This document shows, one piece after another, positions 28,389 through 38,222 of a stretch of DNA of 64,000 bases; the stretch's first letter is position 1, and each line of letters opens with the position of its first letter. A program made the position numbers and the translations under genes. The notes under the pieces are model-generated. The model saw only the letters and a list, made by a program, of their open reading frames with translations. It had not been told where the DNA came from and did no database searches. The stretch covers positions 53,726 through 117,725 of the forward strand of contig PMOL01000005.1 of the NCBI GenBank assembly GCA_003162415.1, in the 5' to 3' direction. This DNA is from Candidatus Dormiibacterota bacterium (GTDB lineage: Bacteria; Chloroflexota; Dormibacteria; Aeolococcales; Aeolococcaceae).

Positions 28389-30590
28389 CTAATGATCCCA
28401 TATCTTGGGGCTCAGCCGTCCGGGAGCCCCCATATCTTGCGAGTCGAGAGCGCTGGCGTCAAGGGGGTGTGCGGTTCCAGTTCCGTCCGTGAGTAAGGAC
28501 CGATGCAGCTCCGGAACCTCGATGCGCATGGCCACTCTCCGATCGCCGGCGAGGAGCAGGAACTCGCCCCGAGATGCGGTTTCGAGGAAGCTTCGCTGCG
28601 CTTCGGTGAGACCGAACGCACGCTCCATTCGGGCCGTTTCCGCGGCTCGATGACCGCCGAGGAGAACGACCGCGCAATTGGTCGCGATCACGCTCCCCTC
28701 GTCGGTGCCGAGGAGGTCCTGTGCGTTCTGGGTCGCCACCACGAGTGACGCGCTGTATTTGCGGCAGCCCCGCGCGAGCTGCACGAGAAGGTCGCGGAGC
28801 GGCCGGTGGACGCAGAGCGCACCAACCTCGTCGAAGACGATGTGGCGGCGCCGGCGGTCGCGTCGAACGAGCTCCCACAGCCATCGCGCGACGATGAGCG
28901 TCGCTGCCGCCACATGTTCGGGGGGCATGTCGCGCAGCGAGATGGCGCAGACGCCGGAATCGACTTCGAGCGATGTGGGTCGGTCGAAGAGTGCGCCCAG
29001 GCCTCCGGTGCAGAAGCGACGCACCACCATGGCGACGGGCCGTGCTTCGACGTCGAGCATGGGAAGGCAGTCCTCGAGCAGCGGCGTGCGATGTTCGCTG
29101 AGCGCACGCTGCAGGGCATCGCGGGCTGCCGCATCGACGACGGCACGCTCGACATCGCCGAGGCCATCGCCGCAGAGCACCGTGACGAGATCGACGACTG
29201 CGGCGACCGTCTCCTCAGGGTCGTCGGTAGCTCCTTCGAACACGTTGACAGCGGCGTCGGTGCCGGGCGCCAGCTCGAGGTAACGACCACCGAGCGCGGT
29301 GACCAGGCCGCGGTATTCGCCCTCGGGGTCGATGATCACCGAGTTCACTCCCGCGGCCTCGAGCACGAGCGTGCCGATGGCGAAGCTCTTTCCGTGGCCG
29401 GACGCCGCAAACACGGCGATGTTCGGGTTGGGATGACGTGATGTGTCAAACGGCGCCACGCGAACCGGAAGCCCTGAACGCGTGGCGGCGCCGAGGCGGT
29501 AGCCGTCCTGATCCGAGCACCCTGCCTCGATCCACGGGATGCAGGTTGACGCGGCGGTTGAATCGACGAGCTTGGACGAGCGCAACGCGTTGATCCCGAG
29601 CGGCAGCGTGCTGACATGGGCTGCCAGATGCCGGAAATGGGTCACCTCCACGCCGATCAGCGCGGACGCGAACCCGAGGCGCAAGGCATCGCTGCGCGCC
29701 TGCAGCTCATCGATCGAGTTCGCGCGAGCGGTGGCGATGACCGCGAGATGCAGTGGCCGTCCGAGGTTGCGAGCCAGGCGTTCGCGAAGTGCGGTTGCGG
29801 CGTCGACCCCGATGTCGACGTGCACATCGCCGAGCGCTCCTCGCTCGACCTCGAGCATGCGGTGCGCCGAGAAGTCGCGCAGACGGCGGTTGAGGCGTCC
29901 CAGCGCATCCCCGAGTGGCGCCGGCTCGAGGTGGATGGCGATGTCCGCTTCCGCCTGCACGCCGAGGAGCGGCGCGAGCCATCCCGGGCTGACGGGATGC
30001 CCCGGAAGTCGTTGCAGCGCATGGCCGCAGACCACGTGGTTTCCGACGGCGGCGTGTTCTCGATGTTCGGACCATGTGGTCGCGGCGTTGTCGTCGACCC
30101 CCTCGGTTATCGCCTCGATGAGCGCGTCGCCGTCGAGACGATGTGCGCGCACGCCGAGCGCGCCCAATCGATCGCAGGCTTGCGCGCACGCCGAGTCGAG
30201 AGCCGCCGGCGTCGGCGCGGAGAGGATCACGAAGACCTGACGCGCGTGCCGCTCGCCATCGCGGATCTGTTCGGCCCAATAGCGGCGCATCGCCTCGTCG
30301 AGGCGCGCGTGCTGACCCTCCGAGGGCGGCACGTCAGGATCGGTCAACCGGCGCACGCGGATGAGCAATTGCATCGGGCGTTCGAGGGTGTGGCACATGC
30401 GTGCGAAAGCGGCAGCCGCGGCGGCCTTCCGCGCGGGGTCGAGCGCGTCGATGTCGAGATCGGTGGTGGCGAGGACCGCAGACAGCCGTCCGCCCCGCTC
30501 GCAGCGATCGCCGCGGATGACGATGCGGTCGTCGATTGGCGCTCGACGAAGAGCGGCGCTCCTGACCGCTCCGAGATTCAGGCCGGCCAC
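28389..30590 (-). CDS. VirB4/TraE-like P-loop ATPase with N-terminal TraC-like domain
   Basis: ASGHGKS Walker A, IIDPEGEY, IVFDE Walker B, RKY..SLVVATQN, GEFLL. Confidence 0.85.
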   Translation of the reverse strand: MAGLNLGAVRSAALRRAPIDDRIVIRGDRCERGGRLSAVLATTDLDIDALDPARKAAAAAAFARMCHTLERPMQLLIRVRRLTDPDVPPSEGQHARLDEAMRRYWAEQIRDGERHARQVFVILSAPTPAALDSACAQACDRLGALGVRAHRLDGDALIEAITEGVDDNAATTWSEHREHAAVGNHVVCGHALQRLPGHPVSPGWLAPLLGVQAEADIAIHLEPAPLGDALGRLNRRLRDFSAHRMLEVERGALGDVHVDIGVDAATALRERLARNLGRPLHLAVIATARANSIDELQARSDALRLGFASALIGVEVTHFRHLAAHVSTLPLGINALRSSKLVDSTAASTCIPWIEAGCSDQDGYRLGAATRSGLPVRVAPFDTSRHPNPNIAVFAASGHGKSFAIGTLVLEAAGVNSVIIDPEGEYRGLVTALGGRYLELAPGTDAAVNVFEGATDDPEETVAAVVDLVTVLCGDGLGDVERAVVDAAARDALQRALSEHRTPLLEDCLPMLDVEARPVAMVVRRFCTGGLGALFDRPTSLEVDSGVCAISLRDMPPEHVAAATLIVARWLWELVRRDRRRRHIVFDEVGALCVHRPLRDLLVQLARGCRKYSASLVVATQNAQDLLGTDEGSVIATNCAVVLLGGHRAAETARMERAFGLTEAQRSFLETASRGEFLLLAGDRRVAMRIEVPELHRSLLTDGTGTAHPLDASALDSQDMGAPGRLSPKIWDH
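28395..28462 (-). promoter_or_regulatory. nrdJ promoter with tandem NrdR boxes (28395-28410, 28427-28442)
   Basis: Two cccatatcttg-core 16-mers 32 bp apart; minus-strand TTGACG-N17-CAAGAT. Confidence 0.8.
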
Positions 30591-31825
30591 GAGGAGCGCA
30601 ACTCACTGCCGACGCGCCTTGCCAGACGGCGCAACGCGATCGCGGCGGGACCGGTCTCGTCGAGCCCGACGAGGCGGTGCGCATTCTCCGCGGTCACCAC
30701 CGCGTCGTCGTCCGGGATGTCGCCGATCAGCTGGCCGTCCAGGTCGGCCATCGGCTCGCTCAGGTCTGTGCCGGGCCGGGACCGATTGACGATGTACCGG
30801 AGCTGATGGCGCAGACCGAGGCGGCGCAGGGCCTCGGTGCTTCGGTACGCGTCGTGCACGCCGCCCGCGGTGGGCACGACAACGATGAAGACGTCGTCGC
30901 AGGCGCAGATCGCGGTGGTGGTCAAGGGATTCAGCTCTGGGCACACGTCGAGCACCACGAGATCGAAGCCCTCCATGTCCAGCTCGCGAAGCACCTCGCG
31001 CAGCAACGCCGGGGTCACCGGCCACTCGGGGTTGACCGTGCTCTGGGGACCGAGCAGGACGCGTGCGCCCGAGGCGTGAGTGATCATGAAGTCGATCACG
31101 CTGCGGTCTTCCGGCGGCGCGAGCGCGTAGTCGAGCAGCGTGCGTTCGGGTGCGCCGAGGCGGATGGCGACGCTGGGGCTGCGCAGGTCGAGGTCGACCA
31201 GCGCAACGCGCGGAGCCGGCTGCTCGTCGGTCCGGCTGGAGGCGATGAGGCAGGTGAGCCCGGTGGCGAGCGTGCTGCGACCGGTGCCGCCGCGCAATGA
31301 GAAGAAGGTCACGCGCCGTGCTCCGTCGGCGCGGGTCGGCGGGCGAAGGATCGGCGTGAAGCTCGGACCAGCCGGCGACTGGGACGCTGGCGCCGGACCT
31401 GGATCGCTCTTTCGTCGATCGCCGGGCGGTGGGTTAGATGGTGGCGCCGGCGGCGTGGCGCGCTTGCCAAACAGCTCGACCAGCTGTGACCGATCGTCGT
31501 CGCCGCCGTCAGAGGACCCGTCCGAGGGGGCCGCAGTCGCGAGCTCCCAGCGAATCGTCCCGCGACGCGGCCGCATCCAGAACAGCCCCGCGAACACCGC
31601 CCAGTCGAGCGCCGGACGCCCGGCAACGCGCAGCCATCCGAGCCCGGCTGCCGCAGCCGCGATCGCCACCGCAACCGGGTCAGCGACGGCTGGAGGGAGT
31701 GGCGATCGAACCAGCGAGTACGCCGCCAGCGCTCCCACCATGACCACCGCCAGCTGTCCTGCGCCAAGCCCAAAGGCCAGCGTGTCGGGTCGGTCGAAGC
31801 CGTCGGCGAACTCAATCTGATCCAT
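30578..31825 (-). CDS. PrgI-like membrane domain fused to MinD/CpaE-like ATPase
   Basis: N-term D.LAFGL...QL, 2 TM, GRP..DW...F..RPR; Pro linker; FFSLRGGTGRST, VDLDL, VLDVCP, IVNR. Confidence 0.75.
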   Translation of the reverse strand: MDQIEFADGFDRPDTLAFGLGAGQLAVVMVGALAAYSLVRSPLPPAVADPVAVAIAAAAAGLGWLRVAGRPALDWAVFAGLFWMRPRRGTIRWELATAAPSDGSSDGGDDDRSQLVELFGKRATPPAPPSNPPPGDRRKSDPGPAPASQSPAGPSFTPILRPPTRADGARRVTFFSLRGGTGRSTLATGLTCLIASSRTDEQPAPRVALVDLDLRSPSVAIRLGAPERTLLDYALAPPEDRSVIDFMITHASGARVLLGPQSTVNPEWPVTPALLREVLRELDMEGFDLVVLDVCPELNPLTTTAICACDDVFIVVVPTAGGVHDAYRSTEALRRLGLRHQLRYIVNRSRPGTDLSEPMADLDGQLIGDIPDDDAVVTAENAHRLVGLDETGPAAIALRRLARRVGSELRSSWPA

Positions 31826-31999
31826 GCCGCCACTCCACTATATGTGATCGCAGAATGACAGTATCGTAGGGTTCGGTCAAATCTTCCTCGCGGACAAAAT
31901 CGCGGAGTGCGCCGCGCCCGGACGCGCGAGGGCGACAACCTCATCGCCGCCATAATCGACACCGGTGTCAACGTCGATTCAGGCCGCGTGGAGGTAGTC

Positions 32000-33526
32000 A
32001 TGGCAGCGATCGTCGAGCCAGACGTCGCGACGTATCAGCAGTACATCGACGGCGAGTGGGCCGGCGCCGAGGACGGGCGCACGTATCCGGTCATCAACCC
32101 GTCCACCGAAGAGGTCATGGCCGTCGCGCCCGCGAGCACCAGGGCCGACGCAAGGCGTGCGGTCGCCGCGGCTCGCCGGTCATTCGACGCAGGCGAGTGG
32201 CGCCTCAAGTCGCAGCTGCAGCGGACCCAGATCATGTTCCAGATCGCCGAGCACCTCCAGGAGGTCTCCGAGGACTGGGGGCTGCTCGAATCGCAGAACG
32301 CGGGCGCGGCGCTGCGCAAGACCTCGGTGGTCGACGTGCCGCTCGCCATCGAGTGGTTCCGGAGCATGGCCGAGCAGGCGCTCGGCGTGCCCTGGTACGA
32401 GCCGCTGCCCTGGATCGATTCGCCCTACGTGTCGTGGAACTTCGTGCAGCGCGAGCCGGTCGGCGTGTGTGCCGGGATCATCCCCTGGAATTACCCGCTG
32501 ATCTTCGCGATGTGGAAGATCGCGCCGGCGCTCGCCATGGGCAACTCGATCGTGCTCAAGCCGGCGCCGCAGACGCCGCTCTCCGCACTCGCGATCGCCC
32601 GCGCCATCGACGAGACCGGCCTGCTCCCCCGCGGCGTGCTCAACGTGGTCACCGGGGACGGCGTCGAGGCCGGCATCGAACTGGTCGAGAACCCCGACGT
32701 CGACAAGGTCGCCTTCACCGGCTCCACCGCGACAGGTCGCAAGATCCTCGCCGCTGCCGCATCCACCATCAAGAAGGTGACGCTCGAGCTCGGCGGCAAG
32801 TCGGCGAACATCGTCTGCCCCGACGCGGACCTCGACATCGCTGTCGACGGTGCGCTCTTCGGCACCTTCTTTCACCAGGGCCAGATGTGCGAGTCGGGGA
32901 CGCGTCTCTTCGTCCACGACGACATCTACGACACGTTTGTCGATCGCCTGGTCGACGGTGCGGCGTCGCTGCGCGTCGGTGACGCCGCGGACTTCGACAC
33001 GCAGGTCGGCCCGGTGATCAGCCGCGCGCAGTACGACATGATCCTGTCCGCCATCGACCGTGCCAAGCAGGAGGGCGCGACGGTCGCGTGCGGCGGCGGA
33101 CGCGCGCCCAACGTCGGCGATCGGGGCTTTTTCATCCAGCCGACGGTGCTCACTGGCGTCAGCCCCGACTCGCACGCCGGCACCGAGGAGATCTTCGGAC
33201 CTGTACTGGCGGTGCAGCGCTGGAGCGATCTTGGCGAGGTGATCCAGCGTGCCAACCGGACCATCTACGGACTGGCCGGCGGGGTGTGGTCGCGGGACAC
33301 GCGCGGTGCGATCGAGATCGCCAAACAGCTGCGCACCGGGACCGTCTGGATCAACGACTGGCACCTGCTCAATCCGCTCGCGCCATTTGGGGGCTACAAG
33401 CAGAGCGGCATCGGTCGCGAGCACGGCCGCGAGGGGCTGCTCGCATACACCGAGGTGAAGCACATCCACGTCGACCAGGGCGTGCCCCGGAGCGAGCGCT
33501 ACTTCTGGGACGTGCTGCTCGGCTGA
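32000..33526 (+). CDS. NAD(P)-dependent aldehyde dehydrogenase
   Basis: IPWNYP, FTGST, LELGGKS, QGQMC, EEIFGP. Confidence 0.95.
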   Translation: MAAIVEPDVATYQQYIDGEWAGAEDGRTYPVINPSTEEVMAVAPASTRADARRAVAAARRSFDAGEWRLKSQLQRTQIMFQIAEHLQEVSEDWGLLESQNAGAALRKTSVVDVPLAIEWFRSMAEQALGVPWYEPLPWIDSPYVSWNFVQREPVGVCAGIIPWNYPLIFAMWKIAPALAMGNSIVLKPAPQTPLSALAIARAIDETGLLPRGVLNVVTGDGVEAGIELVENPDVDKVAFTGSTATGRKILAAAASTIKKVTLELGGKSANIVCPDADLDIAVDGALFGTFFHQGQMCESGTRLFVHDDIYDTFVDRLVDGAASLRVGDAADFDTQVGPVISRAQYDMILSAIDRAKQEGATVACGGGRAPNVGDRGFFIQPTVLTGVSPDSHAGTEEIFGPVLAVQRWSDLGEVIQRANRTIYGLAGGVWSRDTRGAIEIAKQLRTGTVWINDWHLLNPLAPFGGYKQSGIGREHGREGLLAYTEVKHIHVDQGVPRSERYFWDVLLG

Positions 33527-34392
33527 GCCGCGAGCTCATCGACGAACGAGGCGATCGCCGCCGCGACCTGCGCGGGTCGCTGCACCGGCAGGTCGTGGAC
33601 TCCGTCGATCCAAACGAACCGAGCGCGATCGCCAACCACCTCCTGGGCCCTGGCGATCGACCGCACCTTCGGCGAATCCTCTGGCGACGGTGACCCCGCC
33701 GGGATGAAGAGCATCGGGCAGCGCACCTGGCCCATCAGCTCGTAGCCCTTGGCGTCGAAGAGGTGGTGGGCGATCTCCATGTGATGCTCCAGGGAGAGGC
33801 GCGGGCGAAGCGTGCCGGCACCGCTCCCGTCGTCCTCGAAGTTGCCGCCGAGGATCTCCGCCGCGGTGTCGGGATCCGACCCGTCTCGCAGCGGCGATGA
33901 ATCCATCCACGCACGCAGCATCGCCGGGGTGATGCCCTTGAGCGCCGGCGGTCGCATGGTCTGCTCGGCCATCTCCCAGTTGGGCCCGAAGTACGCTTTG
34001 AGGTCGCCTGCCCCGCCGTCGATGCAGACGACGCCGAGCGTCAGCTCCGGATAGGCAATGGCGAAGGAGAGCGCGACGGTCGCTCCCCAGCTGTGCCCGA
34101 CCACGACCACGGGCTCGGTATGGCGGAGCGCCGCGAGCAGCCCCTCGAGGTCACGCGAGACGGTGTCGAAGTCGTACCCGCTGTCCGGGCGGTCGCTTTT
34201 CCCGTGCCCCGGCAGGTCCACCGCGATCACCCGATGGGCAGGGGCCAGGCGGTCGGCGACCAGGTCCCACCAGCGTGCGTTGCTCGCCAGTCCGTGCAGA
34301 GCGATGAGCGCCGGTTCACCTCCGGCGTGATCTCGGACCGAGAGCTTGAGGCGAGGTGTGTCGACGCGGTACTCGGCGATGGGGTGGGTCAT
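33499..34392 (-). CDS. Alpha/beta hydrolase
   Basis: LHGLASN, DLPGHG.S, GHSWG, C-terminal HD. Confidence 0.9.
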   Translation of the reverse strand: MTHPIAEYRVDTPRLKLSVRDHAGGEPALIALHGLASNARWWDLVADRLAPAHRVIAVDLPGHGKSDRPDSGYDFDTVSRDLEGLLAALRHTEPVVVVGHSWGATVALSFAIAYPELTLGVVCIDGGAGDLKAYFGPNWEMAEQTMRPPALKGITPAMLRAWMDSSPLRDGSDPDTAAEILGGNFEDDGSGAGTLRPRLSLEHHMEIAHHLFDAKGYELMGQVRCPMLFIPAGSPSPEDSPKVRSIARAQEVVGDRARFVWIDGVHDLPVQRPAQVAAAIASFVDELAAQPSSTSQK

Positions 34393-34443
34393 ACGACACG
34401 GGATTGTCGCCGGAGAGGCCCCCCCAAGGACTGTCCCGGTAGC

Positions 34444-35988
34444 ATGGGTCGGCGGGCAGGGCCCCGCTCGGCCTGTGATGGAGTCGAGCATTTGTCGGCA
34501 ATCGAGCCGTACACGCGCAGGATCCTCGGGGGTGTCCAGCCGATCATCGTCGCCAACCGGGCGCCGCTGGTCCTGCATCAGGCCGACCCGTACCGGGGCA
34601 CGCCGGAGCGGCTGGTCAAGGGCGCCGGCGGACTGGTCACGGCGATGACCTCGCTGGCCTCTGCGACAGACGCGGTGTGGGTCGCGCTGGCGCGTGACGC
34701 GTCGGATCGACAGCTCGCGGAGCGGGGCGACCCGGCCGAGCTGACCACCGACGACGGCACCACCATCAAGGTCGCGTTCGTCGAGCCGACCAGCGAGGCA
34801 TACGACCTCTACTACAACGTGATCGCCAACCCGCTGCTCTGGTTCATCCAGCACTACCTCTGGGATCTCGCGCGCGAACCGGTCGTCGACGAGACCATCC
34901 ACCGGGCCTGGCGGGACGGCTACATGAACGTGAACCAGCTGGTCGCGAAGCGAGTGCTTGCCGAGGTCGAGCGTACCGACAAGCCGGCCGTCGTCTTCGT
35001 GCAGGACTACCAGATGTACTGCGTCCCGGGGCTGATCCGCGAACAGCGGCCCGATGTGCGCATCCAGCATTTCGTACACATTCCGTGGCCGACGCCGCAG
35101 TACTGGACGGTGCTGCCGCGCCACATCCGCGATGCGATCGTGCACGGCCTGCTCGGTGCCGACATCATCGGGTTTCAGACGTCACGCGACGTGCGCAACT
35201 TCCTGATGACGTGCGAGCAGAACCTCGGTCTGACGGTCGACCATCGCGAGCGCACCGTGTTCGCGGAGGGGCGCGCGGTATGGGTGCGCAATTACCCGAT
35301 CAGCGTTGATCCCAAGACGTTCATTCAACATTCGGAACAACCCGCGGTGCTCGCCGAGATCGAGCGCATCGAACAGTGGCGGCCGAAGCACCTCATCCTG
35401 CGTGTCGACCGTACGGATCTCAGCAAGAACATCGTGCGCGGTTTTCTCGCGTACGAGCGCATGCTCGAGGCCCATCCTGAGCTGACCGGGGACGTCCTGT
35501 TCTGGGCATTCCTGCAGCCCAGCCGGCAGGACATCGACGACTACCGCGCCTACCTCGGCAGCGTGCTGCGCGTCGCGGCGCGCATCAATCGCGAATACAG
35601 TCGCGGCGGCTGGACGCCGATTCGCGTCGAGATCGAGGACAACATGGAGCGAGCGATTGCTGGGTATCGCGTCTTCGACGTCCTGCTGGTCAACCCGATC
35701 TATGACGGGATGAATCTCGTGGCCAAGGAAGGTCCGCTTGTCAATCAGCGCGACGGTGTCCTGGTGCTCAGCGAGAACGCGGGCTCACACGAGGAGCTCG
35801 GCGAATGGGCCATCACCGTCAATCCGTTCGACATCGATGAGACCGCAGAAGCGCTCTACCTGGGGCTGACCATGGATGACGGCCAGAAGAAGGCTCGGCA
35901 GGCGAAGATTCGCGACGTCGTGCGAACCAATGACATCACGCGATGGATATCACTCCAGCTCCAGGATCTCCGCGAGCTGATCGGTTAG
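34444..35988 (+). CDS. otsA: Trehalose-6-phosphate synthase (GT20)
   Basis: ANRAP, GGLV, QDYQ, HIPWP, VDRTDLSKN, DGMNLVAKE, LSENAG; start uncertain. Confidence 0.9.
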   Translation: MGRRAGPRSACDGVEHLSAIEPYTRRILGGVQPIIVANRAPLVLHQADPYRGTPERLVKGAGGLVTAMTSLASATDAVWVALARDASDRQLAERGDPAELTTDDGTTIKVAFVEPTSEAYDLYYNVIANPLLWFIQHYLWDLAREPVVDETIHRAWRDGYMNVNQLVAKRVLAEVERTDKPAVVFVQDYQMYCVPGLIREQRPDVRIQHFVHIPWPTPQYWTVLPRHIRDAIVHGLLGADIIGFQTSRDVRNFLMTCEQNLGLTVDHRERTVFAEGRAVWVRNYPISVDPKTFIQHSEQPAVLAEIERIEQWRPKHLILRVDRTDLSKNIVRGFLAYERMLEAHPELTGDVLFWAFLQPSRQDIDDYRAYLGSVLRVAARINREYSRGGWTPIRVEIEDNMERAIAGYRVFDVLLVNPIYDGMNLVAKEGPLVNQRDGVLVLSENAGSHEELGEWAITVNPFDIDETAEALYLGLTMDDGQKKARQAKIRDVVRTNDITRWISLQLQDLRELIG

Positions 35989-36016
35989 CGATCACTCGGC
36001 GGAATGAGTCCCGAGG

Positions 36017-36211
36017 TCAGTGGTTGAAGCCGGCGAACCCCGCGATGAACAGCCAGCCGACGACGGCGAAGACGCCGACCCAGAGGGAGATCCACACGCG
36101 GCCAGTCGCAAAGCGGCGGCTGCGGCGGAGGTAGCGGCGGCGCACCGCCAGGTCGGCTGAGCCGTCGGGTCCGCTGCGGGGGAGTCGTCGAAGAGGACTG
36201 ATTTCCGCCAT
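36017..36211 (-). CDS. Small membrane protein (64 aa)
   Basis: Basic stretch followed by C-terminal TM helix. Confidence 0.5.
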   Translation of the reverse strand: MAEISPLRRLPRSGPDGSADLAVRRRYLRRSRRFATGRVWISLWVGVFAVVGWLFIAGFAGFNH

Positions 36212-36364
36212 GTGCTCTTTCCAACGGGGTTGGCAGGGATCCAGTTACGCCCCCCGCGAGTCCGCGCAAGTATCATGCAACCCTGCGAGTTTGGGTGAGC
36301 TTGCGGGCGAATGCGCCGCACTGCAGTGTCGCGTTGAGCTCCCGATCCAACGTCTGGAGGTACT

Positions 36365-36781
36365 GTGGCCGGCGACGCGCCTGAGAGCACCGACCCCATC
36401 TCGCTTGCGCGCCAGGTGGTCGAGGACGCCATCAAGCTGGTGCGCGCCGAGCTGGCCGTCGTGGGCTCCGAACTGAAGCGGGCGATCCTCCAATTGGTGA
36501 TCGCTGCGGTGATGCTCATCGTCGCGTCGGTGTTCCTGCTGATTGCAGTGATCGAGGCATTGGGCGCCCTGCCGTCGGGGCTCGGCATCCTCGGCGCGGA
36601 GTGGGTGCGCTGGCTCGTGCTCGGCGGGATATTCCTGGTCCTCGCCGCAGTACTCATCTATATCGGGCAATCGAAGGCGCGAAAGGCGATCAAGCGAGGG
36701 CGGAAGCACATCGAAAGCACGTTGAAGGAGGATGCCGAGTGGCTCCGGGAACTGACGAAGCGCAGCGTCAAAGGGAGCTGA
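36365..36781 (+). CDS. Phage holin family (holin-X/YqjE-like) membrane protein
   Basis: LVRAEL...ELK, two TM, STLKEDAEW; GGAGG RBS. Confidence 0.75.
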   Translation: MAGDAPESTDPISLARQVVEDAIKLVRAELAVVGSELKRAILQLVIAAVMLIVASVFLLIAVIEALGALPSGLGILGAEWVRWLVLGGIFLVLAAVLIYIGQSKARKAIKRGRKHIESTLKEDAEWLRELTKRSVKGS

Positions 36782-37158
36782 GCAAGGCGGCGCTGGCGAC
36801 CAGCGCCGGCCGGTTGGAGGAGCGCGTGCGCGCTGAGCTCGACTGGAAGGCGCGCCTCCGCCGCGACGGCCCTCGCTATGCGGCGATCGCCGGCGGGGCG
36901 GTCGTCCTGATCGGAACGATCGTGCTGGTCCGGTCGCGCCTCCGCGGCGACAAAGCCGAGGAGGAGGCGGCCCCCGCGACGCTCGACGAGCTCGTGGCCG
37001 AGCTCCAGTCGCTGCGCAAGGAGATCAAGAAGGGCGGGGACAAGACCCCGGTCTGGCAGAAGGTCGTTCTCCGCGGGGTGAGCGCCGCGGCGTCCGCCGG
37101 CGGAGCCTATGCGGCCAAGCGGCTCGTCGACCGGCAGGAGGCTAAGGCCGGGGCCTGA
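36739..37158 (+). CDS. DUF3618-like membrane-anchored protein
   Basis: Overlaps holin-X gene; AAGGAGG RBS before GTG 36739. Confidence 0.65.
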   Translation: MAPGTDEAQRQRELSKAALATSAGRLEERVRAELDWKARLRRDGPRYAAIAGGAVVLIGTIVLVRSRLRGDKAEEEAAPATLDELVAELQSLRKEIKKGGDKTPVWQKVVLRGVSAAASAGGAYAAKRLVDRQEAKAGA

Positions 37159-37540
37159 CAGCGATCGTGACCCGGCCGATGGCGCAGAGTGCGCCGTCGT
37201 CGTTGGTGATCTCGACGTCCCAGATCCAGGTGGTTCGCCCCCGGTGGCGGGGCGTGGCATCGGCGTGGATGGTCCCGGTCGTGATCGGGCGCAGGAAGTT
37301 CATGTTGTTGGACATCCCGACGCTGATGTTGCCCGCGTCGTTGACGCCCAGGTAGGTGCCGACTGAGGTGATCGTCTCGGCCATCGCGCAGAAGACACCG
37401 CCGTGGACAATGCCGAAGGGTTGGAGGACCTTGGGGGTGACCGGGCACGTGGCGGTCATATGCTCCGGGGAGGTCTCGCCGAACTCGAGCCCGTAGAGGG
37501 CATCGAAGACCATGTTCTGCCCGGGATCGAGGCTCGCCAT
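37142..37540 (-). CDS. PaaI-family thioesterase
   Basis: QPFGIVHGG....AET, NFLRP, HRGRTT. Confidence 0.92.
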   Translation of the reverse strand: MASLDPGQNMVFDALYGLEFGETSPEHMTATCPVTPKVLQPFGIVHGGVFCAMAETITSVGTYLGVNDAGNISVGMSNNMNFLRPITTGTIHADATPRHRGRTTWIWDVEITNDDGALCAIGRVTIAVRPRP

Positions 37541-37580
37541 ACGGCGGGCAAGTGTCGCACGGACCCCGGCGGGGTCGCGG

Positions 37581-37901
37581 TCAGCGCTTGACGAGCAGCT
37601 CGGTCAGCGCGCCTTCGTGCGAGGAGAGCAGGGAGTGGAGCTCGAGCATCTCGTCACCGGTGATCGGGTCGGCGACGTCCGGGACGCCCTCATCGATGGC
37701 AGGGACCTTGTTCTCCTCGGCCTCGGTCTGGAAGATGATCTGAAGGAGGTTCTCGTCGTTGCAGGACGCGCAGGTCACCCGGACCAGCGCGCGGTTGCCC
37801 TGCTGGGCGAGGACGTTGATCCCGCAGTCGGCCATGTTCTCGCCACACGCCGAGCAGCGATAGCGCCGGGCCTGAAAACGGAGCAGCTCAAGCAGATCCA
37901 T
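37581..37901 (-). CDS. Small Zn-ribbon hypothetical protein
   Basis: CSAC..CASC; PITGDEMLELH; leaderless TATACT-N8-ATG. Confidence 0.75.
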   Translation of the reverse strand: MDLLELLRFQARRYRCSACGENMADCGINVLAQQGNRALVRVTCASCNDENLLQIIFQTEAEENKVPAIDEGVPDVADPITGDEMLELHSLLSSHEGALTELLVKR

Positions 37902-37980
37902 CACTCCCCAGTATATGCCGCGTGCCGAGGCGGCAAACAGGGGGTCCCGCGGGGCGTCCGGTACACTCGATTGCCTCCGC

Positions 37981-38055
37981 TGGGGAGTGGCCAAGTGGTA
38001 AGGCAGCTGATTCTGGATCAGCCAATCAGAGGTTCGAATCCTCTCTCCCCAGCCA
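37981..38055 (+). tRNA. tRNA-Gln(CTG)
   Basis: Cloverleaf: gctga-ttCTGga-tcagc anticodon arm, GGTTCGAATCC, encoded CCA. Confidence 0.97.
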
Positions 38056-38222
38056 ACCCGGCCCTACCCGACTTTTGAATTCATTTCGAGAGATTTCGGG
38101 TCCGGCGAGTGGTGATATGAGCCTCCGTCGAGATATGGGTCAGTTGATGCACGGGAGCGGTTTCTGGAGCTTAGTTGCCCCAGATTTGAACTCAGACAAC
38201 CACTTTCTTGTGAGGGCTTCCA

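Noticed and set aside
36365-37158. Prophage lysis cassette
   Set aside because: Holin-X/DUF3618-like pairs are common chromosomal genes; no endolysin or phage genes nearby
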